Notes under the pieces: model-generated
Seen by the model: only the letters and a program-made list of their open reading frames with translations
What the model was told of the DNA's origin: nothing
The model's database searches: none
Made by a program: the position numbers and the translations under genes
Shown: piece by piece, positions 16,271 to 24,000 of the stretch
Numbering within the stretch: the stretch's first letter is position 1
How the letters are laid out: each line of letters begins with the position of its first letter
Source of the DNA: an uncultured archaeon
GTDB taxonomy: Bacteria > Armatimonadota > Fimbriimonadia > Fimbriimonadales > Fimbriimonadaceae
DNA: 24,000 nt
Direction of reading: 5' to 3'
NCBI GenBank assembly: GCA_963829965.1
Contig: CAWHLK010000021.1
Coordinates: forward strand, 22,962-46,961

Positions 16271-16308
16271 TCAGAAAATGACTTCATTGTATTTTTTCTT
16301 ACGTAATG

Positions 16309-16337
16309 TAAACATTTTTGATTTCGTGCCGTATAAT
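16309..16337 (+). promoter_or_regulatory. candidate efflux-operon promoter TAAACA-17-TATAAT
   Basis: Hexamers at 16309-16314 and 16332-16337 in an AT-rich 150-bp gap. The palindrome TTACGTAA (16299-16306) abuts the -35. Confidence 0.45.
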
Positions 16338-16353
16338 CTTATTATTAATCCAT

Positions 16354-16363
16354 TGTGGCCACA
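16354..16363. promoter_or_regulatory. 10-bp perfect palindrome TGTGGCCACA downstream of the -10 (operator candidate)
   Basis: Read directly. Its position, about +17 to +26 from the -10 in a tetR-divergent region, fits a repressor operator. Confidence 0.35.
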
Positions 16364-16380
16364 GCGGATAAGGAGATTAG

Positions 16381-16425
16381 ATGCGAAGATTACTAATTAG
16401 ACGAGGGGGATGGGCTCACCGATGA
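16381..16425 (+). CDS. possible 14-codon leader peptide MRRLLIRRGGWAHR
   Basis: It has the best SD of the region (AAGGAG, 5-nt spacing). Its TGA overlaps ATG 16422 of the TolC-like ORF (ATGA). Codons 2-8 are A/T-rich (CGA AGA TTA CTA ATT AGA CGA), atypical for the GC-rich coding regions of this window. Confidence 0.3.
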   Translation: MRRLLIRRGGWAHR

Positions 16426-17711
16426 ACGCATTTGGCCTTATCGGGCTCCTGATAGCCGCTCAGCCGAACACGCCTCTCACCCTTACGGAGGCTATTCGCC
16501 TCTCCGAGGCACACAGTGTTACAGTTTCCACCGCAAGAGCCCAGGTGCGGGCCGCGAGGGCGAGAGTTGGCGAGCAGGACTCCCAACAACTGCCTCAACT
16601 TAACTTTAACGGCTCTGCCACACGGTACGACAACAAGACCGACGTTTCTTTTGCCGGAGCCACAGTTGAGCTCTTGCCGGACCATCAGGAAACCCTGGAA
16701 GTTGCCCTAACCCAGGATTTTGATGTTTCCGGCAGGATCAGTTCCAGCGTGGCCCAAGCCAAGCTCTATGCCCTTTCCGCCGGTTATGGCTATCAGGCCG
16801 CGGAAGCGGACCAGGCCTTGACCACTACTTCGGCCTATTACACCGCGCGACGGGCCTTGGAATCGGTTCGTGTTGCCAAGGACTCCTTGGAAGCTTACAA
16901 GCAACAGCTTGAGCTAGCGAAAAAGCTTGCCGAAGGTGGAGTCGGCCAGAAAATCGATGTCTATAGAGCGGAAAGCCAGGTCGCGGACGCCGAACGAGAA
17001 CTATTGCAACGCGAAAACGAGCTTCGATCCGCGTACAGCGCGCTCAACGATCTTATCGGCCATCCCCTCGACGAAAAGATCGATATTGCCGAGCCGACTG
17101 GCGCGACCGAAGCTCCAAGCGAGGACGAAAACGGGGATCGAACCACGCTTATCGCCAAGGCTCTGGACCACCGGCCCGAGTCTCTCGCCGCAAGCGTGTC
17201 GGTCAAGGCTGCGCAGAAGGGCATAGCCATTGCCCGATCCGCTCAGGGGCCCAATCTTTCCCTTTCGGCGACGGGATACCACTATCCCACCACCTCATTT
17301 CAATCGCCCCGCCCCAACGTGGGGGCACTTACCCTGAGCGTCTCCGTGCCGCTGTTTGACGGCGGCCTCGCACGCGAACAGATCAATGAGGCTCATGCGC
17401 AGGTCGAGGTCGCCGTCCAACAGCAAGACCAAGTTCGCCGCAGCATTGCCTTGGATGTTCAGAACGCATCTCTCGATGTACAAACCGCGCGTAAGCGGTT
17501 AGCGGCGGCCAACGTGGACCTTACCGCTGCCCAGCAGGCAAGGAAGCTTGCTCAGGAACGGTACGAAGCCCAAGTCGGGCTTTATCTTGAAATCACCGAT
17601 TCGCAAGCTGCGCTCACGACGGCACAGGCCGCGGTAGTGGACGCAACTTTCGACCTACTCATCGCCCAGGCGCGCCTTTCACGCGCGTTGAGCGAACCGA
17701 TTTTGCCCTAA
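16410..17711 (+). CDS. TolC-family outer membrane efflux protein
   Basis: 433 aa. A short hydrophobic N-terminus is followed by LTLTEAIRLSE, typical of the TolC/OEP (PF02321) start. Two-repeat coiled architecture. The start may be ATG 16422. Confidence 0.85.
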   Translation: MGSPMNAFGLIGLLIAAQPNTPLTLTEAIRLSEAHSVTVSTARAQVRAARARVGEQDSQQLPQLNFNGSATRYDNKTDVSFAGATVELLPDHQETLEVALTQDFDVSGRISSSVAQAKLYALSAGYGYQAAEADQALTTTSAYYTARRALESVRVAKDSLEAYKQQLELAKKLAEGGVGQKIDVYRAESQVADAERELLQRENELRSAYSALNDLIGHPLDEKIDIAEPTGATEAPSEDENGDRTTLIAKALDHRPESLAASVSVKAAQKGIAIARSAQGPNLSLSATGYHYPTTSFQSPRPNVGALTLSVSVPLFDGGLAREQINEAHAQVEVAVQQQDQVRRSIALDVQNASLDVQTARKRLAAANVDLTAAQQARKLAQERYEAQVGLYLEITDSQAALTTAQAAVVDATFDLLIAQARLSRALSEPILP

Positions 17712-17725
17712 CAAGAGGAGAACCT

Positions 17726-19303
17726 ATGAGCACAAAAACGCTAGCAGACGAGATCGAGATCTATGAAAATGAACAGCAGGGCAACACGCCCCTTGCGGAA
17801 GAACCGACGCCGGCGCCAAAGCGGCGCCCGATACTCATCGGCATCGTCGCCTTGCTTGTGATCGGGGCAGCGATCAAGGGCTATGGCGCCTACACGTTTG
17901 GACAAAGCCACGTGGAAACCGACAACGCCTATGTTACGGGCGACCTCGTCAATATCAGCCCGACGGTTTCGGGAACGCTCGCCGAACTCAAGGTCGCGGA
18001 TGGGGATTTTGTTCATAAGGGGCAACTCATCGCGCGTCTGGATACGGACTCCTCGCAGTCCCTTTTGAATCAAGCGCAGGCCAACTTGGTTGCCGCCGAA
18101 TCCCAGGTTCCCCAAGCAGAAGCGGAGCTTCAGTACACTAAGCTCTCCACCGATGCATCTATTCGCAGTTCACAGGCTGCGGTTGCCACTCAGGTCGCTA
18201 AAACCCAGGGCTCGAGGATGCAGGTTCAACTCAGCTCGGACACCGTGCATAACCAGATCCTGCAGGCGCAGGGCCAACTGGCTCAAGCCAAGGCTCTCAG
18301 CGCGCAGGCCGAAGCGGGAGTCAACGAAGCGAAAGCCGCGCTGGCCAGCGCCAAGCTCAGCGTGCAGAATGCAGAACAGAATGCTGAGGCCGCTTCGTCC
18401 AACGAGCAAAGCGCCAAGGCTGAGGCCACCCGCGCTGACAAGGACCTCAAGCGCTATCAGCTGCTCTTTAAGGAAGAAGCGATTTCGCAACAGCAATTGG
18501 ATTCTGCAACCGCAAATGCAACTTCTTCTGCGGCAGCCTACGCTGCGGCGACCCAGCATACGGCGGCGGCAAACTCACAGGTCGAAGTCACTAAGAGCGC
18601 GGTAACTCAGGCCGAGAGCCGTCTCAATGCGGCGGTCAGCCAATCGGACGCGGCACAAAAAGAAGTTCAAGTTACTCAAGCAGGCGTTGGTTTGGCCAAA
18701 GCAGGGGGAACGCAAATCGGGATTCAGAATTCGAACGTGGCGACGAACGTTGGTCAGACCTCCGAGGCCGATGCAGGAGTCGACACGGCAAAGGCGGGAG
18801 TCGAGCAGGTGGCCTTGCGGGAGAAGCAGGTCGCCAGCGCGAAGGCTCAGTTGGCACAGGCCCAAGCCGCGGTTGAGAATGCCAAGATCCAGGTTCAAAA
18901 CGCATCGCTGTTTGCGCCGTGCGACGGATATGTGGTCAAGCACAACGCCAACGTGGGGACAGCAATCAATCCCGGCCAGACCATCGTGACGATCACGCAT
19001 GGTACGGACGTGTGGGTGATGGCGAACTTCAAGGAGACGCAGTTGGATCATGTCCGCGAAGGGCAGAGTGTCGAAATGGAAGTCGACGCCTATCCGGGCA
19101 AAACCTTCAAGGGCAAGGTCTTGAACATCATGGAAGCAACCGGTTCGGCGACCACTTTGCTGCCTCCCGACAATTCGACCGGCAACTTCACTAAAGTTGT
19201 CCAGCGCGTGCCTGTGAAGATCTCGATCGAGCAGCCGGCGGACGGTCCCAGGCTTCGACAGGGTATGTCGGTGGACGCAACGATCACAACTTCCAAGGAG
19301 TAA
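17726..19303 (+). CDS. HlyD/EmrA-family membrane fusion protein with an extended coiled-coil hairpin
   Basis: N-terminal TM (ILIGIVALLVIGAAI), a lipoyl-like motif (YVTGDLVNISPTVSGTLAELKVADGDFVHKGQLIARLD) and beta-barrel motifs (LFAPCDGYVVKHNANVGTAINPGQTIVTI). About 280 aa of Q/A-rich helix lie between them. GAGGAG SD. Confidence 0.9.
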   Translation: MSTKTLADEIEIYENEQQGNTPLAEEPTPAPKRRPILIGIVALLVIGAAIKGYGAYTFGQSHVETDNAYVTGDLVNISPTVSGTLAELKVADGDFVHKGQLIARLDTDSSQSLLNQAQANLVAAESQVPQAEAELQYTKLSTDASIRSSQAAVATQVAKTQGSRMQVQLSSDTVHNQILQAQGQLAQAKALSAQAEAGVNEAKAALASAKLSVQNAEQNAEAASSNEQSAKAEATRADKDLKRYQLLFKEEAISQQQLDSATANATSSAAAYAAATQHTAAANSQVEVTKSAVTQAESRLNAAVSQSDAAQKEVQVTQAGVGLAKAGGTQIGIQNSNVATNVGQTSEADAGVDTAKAGVEQVALREKQVASAKAQLAQAQAAVENAKIQVQNASLFAPCDGYVVKHNANVGTAINPGQTIVTITHGTDVWVMANFKETQLDHVREGQSVEMEVDAYPGKTFKGKVLNIMEATGSATTLLPPDNSTGNFTKVVQRVPVKISIEQPADGPRLRQGMSVDATITTSKE

Positions 19304-19306
19304 CCC

Positions 19307-20914
19307 ATGGCGGCAAGTTCTACTTTGACTCGACCGGCCGCGGCATTGCGGCCGGTCGAGGAGCTCGGAGCCTACGGCAGCACCCGCTGGCTCCTCCTTA
19401 TCGGCTTCATCCTTGCTTCGATTCTCGAGGTCTTGGATACTTCGATCATCAACCCGGTCCTGCCCACCATGGCCGGCAACCTGGGCTGCACCACGCAGGA
19501 AATCGGTTGGGTGAGCACTTCGTACATTCTCGCGAACGTGATCGTCCTGCCGATGACCGCGTGGCTGTCCCGCCGGTTCGGCATCAAGAACTACATTCTC
19601 GCCTCGATCACGATGTTCCTGGCTGCCTCCGTGATGTGCGGCTTGGTTCATGGCCTTGGCCAGATCATCATCTGGCGGTTGGTTCAGGGAGCCGCGGGCG
19701 CCCCTTTGATCTCGGTCACTCAGGCAGCCATAGCCGAGGTCTTTCCGAAGAAGGAGCAAACCATCGCCCAGAGCGCGTGGGCACTGGGGATCACGGTTGC
19801 GCCTTCTATCGCGCCGACTCTTGGTGGGTACATCGCGGACAACTATTCTTGGCCGTGGATATTCTTCATCAACGTCCCGCTGGGCATTCTGGCGATGTAT
19901 GTGATCGGCTCCCTCTATAAGGGCAGGGGCCCTCAGAAGGTGGGCGGCGTCGACTATCTTGGCGTGGGTTTGCTGGCGGTAGGACTGGGCTCCATTCAAT
20001 ACGTGTTGGAGGAGGGGCAGACCAACGACTGGTTTCAGAGCTCGATGATTTTGCGGCTGACCGTTTTGGGCATTGCCTGCACTGGCGCATTTGCTTTCTG
20101 GCAGCTATCCAAACGGAACAAGAACCCGATTGTGGACTTGAGAGTGTTGCGTGACATCGGCCTTTCCGGCGCGGTGATCGTGATGCTGGTCGCCGGCACC
20201 GGGTTGTATGGCGGGCTGTTCCTGTTCCCGCTGTTCTCTCAATCGGTGCTCGGATTCAGCGCCCTGAAGAGCGGCAACTTCCTCTTGCTGCCTGGAGTGG
20301 TTCTGGGCTGCACCATGATCTTCACCGGAACGATGATGCAGTTCAAAGTTCCTGGACGGGACCTCGCCATGGCAGGCGTGGTGGTAGAGGTGTTTGCGAT
20401 GTGGCTGCTTGGGCATCTTACGCCGATGAGCAACGAGTCCGACGCGCAGATTGCGCTGGCTATCTCCCGAATGGGAATCGGCCTCCTGATGCTTTCGACC
20501 ATTGTTGCCGGTGTGGGAAATCTGAAGCCTGCGGCGGTGGGGCAGGGCACGGCGCTGATGGGCCTCGCCCGGCAATTGGGAGGCTCATTTGGCATCGCAT
20601 TGTGCTCAACCTATGTGGTGCAGATGACGCAGTTCCATCGCTACGACATCGCGAGCAAGATCGTGAACGGCAGTGCGGGAACCAACGAACGGCTAGACAT
20701 GATCACGGGCGCGTTCTACACGCGAGGGATGGACATGGAGCATGCCCGAAATGCGGCGATGGCGGTGATGGATGGACAAGTAAGCCGACAGGCTTACACC
20801 ATGGCGTTTAACAACGCGCATATCGCCATTGGGCTGCTGTTTTCGCTTACCCTGCCGATTCTGTTCCTTATGAAGCGCCGCGGCGGCGCAGCCGCCGCAG
20901 CAGGGGCGCACTAA
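19307..20914 (+). CDS. MFS drug:H+ antiporter, DHA2 (EmrB/QacA) family, 14-TMS type
   Basis: LEVLDTSIINPVLPTMAGNLG, RLVQGAAGAPLISVTQAAIAEVFP and LGGYIADNYSWPWIFFINVPLG closely parallel E. coli EmrB motifs. The start is 4 nt after the MFP stop. Confidence 0.9.
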   Translation: MAASSTLTRPAAALRPVEELGAYGSTRWLLLIGFILASILEVLDTSIINPVLPTMAGNLGCTTQEIGWVSTSYILANVIVLPMTAWLSRRFGIKNYILASITMFLAASVMCGLVHGLGQIIIWRLVQGAAGAPLISVTQAAIAEVFPKKEQTIAQSAWALGITVAPSIAPTLGGYIADNYSWPWIFFINVPLGILAMYVIGSLYKGRGPQKVGGVDYLGVGLLAVGLGSIQYVLEEGQTNDWFQSSMILRLTVLGIACTGAFAFWQLSKRNKNPIVDLRVLRDIGLSGAVIVMLVAGTGLYGGLFLFPLFSQSVLGFSALKSGNFLLLPGVVLGCTMIFTGTMMQFKVPGRDLAMAGVVVEVFAMWLLGHLTPMSNESDAQIALAISRMGIGLLMLSTIVAGVGNLKPAAVGQGTALMGLARQLGGSFGIALCSTYVVQMTQFHRYDIASKIVNGSAGTNERLDMITGAFYTRGMDMEHARNAAMAVMDGQVSRQAYTMAFNNAHIAIGLLFSLTLPILFLMKRRGGAAAAAGAH

Positions 20915-21035
20915 AAGAGTTTTTCGTTTGTCATCTCTGTCGAAAACGAGCTTTCGCGTTCGACTCCTTATCGTAAGCTGGGCAAGTTTCATAGCCCGAT
21001 GCAAATAAAATCAAGCTATAAAGGAAGACTAACAA

Positions 21036-21389
21036 ATGAGATTTCTAGCAGTTTTCAAAACAACAGAAAGAAATGAACCACCTTCTCAGGAAGAGATGGA
21101 CAGGATGGGCGAACTGATTAACGAAGGCATGAAGGCCGGTTACCTGCTTGGAAACGAAGGGTGCCTGCCAACTGCTCTGGGAGCGCGCGTGCGTTCACGC
21201 GAGGGCAAGATCAGTGTTACCGACGGCCCCTTCACCGAAGCCAAGGAAGTGATCGGTGGGATGGCGATCCTGAAAGTGGACTCGAAAGAAGAGGCTATCG
21301 AGCTAACCAGGAAGTTCCTCGCCATCGCGGGTGATGGCGAATGCGAACTTCGGCAGTTGTACGATGGCAACTGCCCCAATAACGAGTAA
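21036..21389 (+). CDS. YCII-related (DGPF) domain protein
   Basis: 117 aa. VTDGPFTEAKEVIGGMAILKVDSKEEAIELTRK is the PF03795 DGPF signature. Confidence 0.8.
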   Translation: MRFLAVFKTTERNEPPSQEEMDRMGELINEGMKAGYLLGNEGCLPTALGARVRSREGKISVTDGPFTEAKEVIGGMAILKVDSKEEAIELTRKFLAIAGDGECELRQLYDGNCPNNE

Positions 21390-21406
21390 GGGCCGGGAGG
21401 AACTTC

Positions 21407-21826
21407 ATGAAATATATTTGCTTGGTTTATCACGATGAAAAGGCGCTCATGGACCTAAGCATGGAGGAACATGAGGACATCATCGCCAATTGCATCAAGT
21501 GGGTGAAAGAACTTGAAGCCAACGGGCACCACGTGTTTTCGGCAGGGCTGCAGTCGGTTCGGTCAGCTACGACCCTAAAGCGAAGGGACGGCGAACTCAG
21601 GGTTACGGACGGGCCGTTTGCGGAAACTAAGGAGGTTCTGGGCGGCTTTACGATTATCGAAGCGAGAGATCTTAACGAGGCAATCCGCATTGCTTCAAAG
21701 ATGCCGACGAACATGATTGGCAAGATTGAGGTGAGGCCGGTTCTCGACCCTTTTGCGGAAATGGACGATCCGATTGACCGTAAAATTGCGGAAGCGGTTC
21801 GAGGTGCTATCAAGTCAAATGCATAA
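21407..21826 (+). CDS. YCII-related (DGPF) domain protein, paralog
   Basis: 139 aa. VTDGPFAETKEVLGGFTIIEARDLNEAIRIASKMP. GGGAGG SD. Confidence 0.8.
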   Translation: MKYICLVYHDEKALMDLSMEEHEDIIANCIKWVKELEANGHHVFSAGLQSVRSATTLKRRDGELRVTDGPFAETKEVLGGFTIIEARDLNEAIRIASKMPTNMIGKIEVRPVLDPFAEMDDPIDRKIAEAVRGAIKSNA

Positions 21827-21888
21827 ACCGGCATATTCTCTTAACCTCCGGGTGTGCTAAGTACACCAATTCCGGCTTATAATTAGGT

Positions 21889-23170
21889 GTGGTTGAGCCT
21901 GCGCAAGCATTTTGGCGGCTGCGAGCTTTTCCTTTCGAACTGTTGGACCCTAGCGGTCGGCCGGTGCATTTGGCGTCGGCCAAGGTCGAAGGGTTGCTTG
22001 CGATTCTGGCTGCCCGGCGAGGCCCAGTATCGCGGATTGAGATGGAATCCGCACTCTGGCCGGATTCGCCGGTCGAGAGCAGGCAGGTAAATCTCAGACA
22101 GGCTATCTACAGGCTGAAAAACTCGGTTGGGCACGACTCAGTGGTTACCAGCCGAAAAAACTGTGAGCTGGCGTGGTGGTTCAACGTGGTGGTTGAGCCG
22201 AGTGTTCTCCCCTCCGTCGAAGATCCGGCGGCAACCGGAAGAGCTCCTCTCATTCACGCGCTGACCAAGTGGTCGGTAAATGACGCCGGACAATTGGCAG
22301 ATCTGATCCGTTCCAACCTCGATCTCGTCCTTGGCTTGCCGCCGAGGGATATTGCCGAGTTGTTGGATACAGCCGATGTTCAAATCGACCAAATCGCTCT
22401 GAAGGGCTGGCTTGATTTCTTGCGGGGGTTCGCGAACTATTGCGGCAACGAAATAAGAACCGCTCAGCCGCTTCTGCTCAGAAGCGTGAGACATGGAATT
22501 GATAATCGCGATGAGACTTTAGCTACCGAAGGCCTCTTCTGGCTTGCACTGAGCCATCAGTTTCTCAACCGGAGCGATCTCTCCGCAAAGGCGGAAGGCT
22601 TTATGAGCGACTATGTGGGCAGTGTGGGGAATCCGCGTTTACGAGGCAAGCTGGCCTTTCTGCGCGGGCTGCTGATGATGCACTCCGGAAACGCTCCGGA
22701 AGGCATGGAGTCGTTGGCCAAAGCAGAGATCTGTTTCGAAGGCTGTGAGATCGATCGTGCCCAATATGAGGCGCTCATGGCGATGTTTAGAGCGGCTTCC
22801 GGAGAAACCGTGCCCGCCACGCGCCTTTTGGAGTGGCCTGATCGAGTGGCCTTGAAGACAGGCCATTTTCGCCTGCAGTCAACTTGTGAGCTCACGAAAG
22901 GCTTCATTGCACTGCATGACCATCAGAAATTCGTTGGCAGTCTCGATCATGTCCCACCTTGCCGAATCGGCCGCGCGGTCTCGCGCGCCGCATATGGAGA
23001 TTTATGGCCGGGAGGGTGCGGCGGTCGCCCTTTGGCGGTTGGGGGATCGGGCAACTGCGGTCGAGCAGTTGGCTTCTGCCAGAAATTTAAGATCTCGTAT
23101 CACGATGGGCTATACCGAGTGGGATCGACACCGGCTTAGAAGCGTGGCGCAGGGAGTATTGTCGGCGTAG
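21889..23170 (+). pseudogene. SARP/BTAD-like transcriptional regulator (winged-helix N-terminus plus helical repeats), frame broken by a net +1 shift
   Basis: FWRLRAFPFELLDPSGRPVHLASAKVEGLLAILAARRGPVSRIEMESALWPDSPVESRQVNLRQAIYRLKNSVG fits the AfsR/DnrI-type DNA-binding domain pattern. After ...FVGSLD (about 22941-22955) frame 1 becomes G/R/C-rich nonsense, while the +1 frame continues MSHLAESAARSRAPHMEIYGREGAAVALWRLGDRATAVEQLASARNL... to TAG 23168-23170. The span is 1282 nt = 3n+1. Confidence 0.65.
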
Positions 23171-23182
23171 CTGGTGGGCGAT

Positions 23183-23214
23183 TCGGACATGTCGGACGAA
23201 ACGGAACTGTCCGA
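23183..23214 (+). repeat. TCGGAC direct repeat (9-bp period, x2) plus an inverted copy forming a 7-bp stem
   Basis: TCGGACatgTCGGACgaaacggaactGTCCGA. GTCGGAC (23191-23197) and GTCCGAC (23209-23215) are reverse complements. Confidence 0.5.
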
Positions 23215-23269
23215 CCTGACTCCTTGGCGCAATCAAAGCTGACCGTCTTCAGAATCGCGTCATACTCAA

Positions 23270-23974
23270 TTGATGCTGTTGCTCGCCGCGGCTGTCCTTT
23301 TCGCACATTCCCAGTCTTCCACTCAGATCGAGTGGCAGGGATATACCTGGGAGGTAAAAGATTCGCTTTCTGCCGGGCCGGGGCCGAATGCTTGGGACCC
23401 CAAAAACGTCTGGGTCGATTCTCAGAATTGCCTGCACCTGAAAATAAGCAACACGAGCGGACATTGGAGCTGCGCGGAGTTGTGGACGGCGGCGCCGCTG
23501 AATTTCGGAGATTATGTCTGCAACGTCCAAGGCCCCATCGCCCAGCTTGATCCCAATGTGGTCTTCTCAATGTTTTCCTACCAAGGACCGGATGGGGTGA
23601 AAGAGCTTGACATTGAGTTTGCGAAATGGGGCAACCCGAAGGACCAAAACTTGTGGTGGACGGTTTGGCCAAATGACCGAGAGGGCCAGAAGTCGGATCA
23701 AGGACAGACGCTTCCATTCCCGATCCAAGCCAGCTCAAGCGAATTCAAGTGGACCACTTCCGACGTGTTTTACGACATCAACTGGAGGTTGCCATCGGGG
23801 CAGCTCAGCAGGCCACTGCATTGGGATTACCACCCTGTGGATTTCGCACATCAAATCCCCCAAACGCCTATGCAGTTGCATTTCAACCTGTGGCTATTTC
23901 AAGGGCATCCACCGACCGATGGACGGCCGGTGGAGATTATCGTACGAAGTTTCTCGAAGACGGGGTCAGGGTAA
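23270..23974 (+). CDS. secreted GH16-like (concanavalin-type jelly-roll) glycoside hydrolase
   Basis: Hydrophobic N-terminus MLLLAAAVLFAHSQSS. ELDIEF matches the GH16 E-x-D-x-E catalytic motif (PF00722), and the flanks are W/F/Y-rich. Start is TTG 23270 or ATG 23273. Confidence 0.65.
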   Translation: MMLLLAAAVLFAHSQSSTQIEWQGYTWEVKDSLSAGPGPNAWDPKNVWVDSQNCLHLKISNTSGHWSCAELWTAAPLNFGDYVCNVQGPIAQLDPNVVFSMFSYQGPDGVKELDIEFAKWGNPKDQNLWWTVWPNDREGQKSDQGQTLPFPIQASSSEFKWTTSDVFYDINWRLPSGQLSRPLHWDYHPVDFAHQIPQTPMQLHFNLWLFQGHPPTDGRPVEIIVRSFSKTGSG

Positions 23975-24000
23975 ACCGCTTTGCTGTAAGTCGCTTCGCT

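Noticed and set aside
18575-19999. 474-aa ORF on the minus strand spanning the emrA-like/emrB-like junction
   Set aside because: It is antisense to two strongly recognisable genes. Its R/D/H/G-rich composition is typical of an off-frame in GC-rich DNA, and it has no motifs.
20921-20946. Hairpin after the emrB-like gene as an intrinsic terminator
   Set aside because: The stem is only 6 bp and mostly A-U, the loop is 14 nt, and no T tract follows.
1-24000. CRISPR arrays, tRNA/rRNA genes, toxin-antitoxin pairs, restriction-modification genes or known defence-system genes
   Set aside because: I scanned the intergenic regions and ORF products by eye. I found no regularly spaced repeats longer than 20 bp other than the IS ends, no cloverleaf-like segments, and no nuclease, methylase, helicase or ATPase signatures. 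A covariance-model scan (tRNAscan/Infernal) would still be needed to be sure about small RNAs.

Overview
This is a 24-kb chromosomal segment from a bacterium that looks GC-rich by eye and is apparently diderm (TolC-type outer-membrane factor, Tat signal peptide, CsaB-type pyruvyl transferase). Gene order: a partial CsaB-like pyruvyl transferase (+); prfA (-); a small frame-broken ORF (-); a BT1/MFS-like transporter (+); an unknown Pro-rich multi-TM protein plus an FAD oxidoreductase with an SLH-like tail (+); typA/bipA (-, frame-broken); a TPR protein (-); selD (-); a Tat-signal mini-Kelch protein plus an Hcp-like small protein (+); one ~1.24-kb IS with a frame-broken rve-type transposase and ~60-bp composite inverted repeats; rpmG-rpmF (+; rpmG is absent from the ORF track and rpmF is hidden inside a longer ORF); a secreted CBM5/12-like plus beta-helix protein (-); a tetR / tolC-emrA-emrB type efflux locus; two YCII (DGPF) paralogs; a SARP-like regulator (+, frame-broken); and a GH16-like secreted protein. 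I recognised no rRNA, tRNA or CRISPR array, and no known defence, secretion or prophage system. The most system-like unknowns are the 3680-6650 gene pair, the 11298-12365 promoter plus Kelch/Hcp-like pair, and selD without any Se-utilisation partner in this window. None of these can be assigned a function from sequence alone. Four genes are each broken by a net +1 frame shift, so sequence accuracy needs checking before any of them is interpreted biologically.
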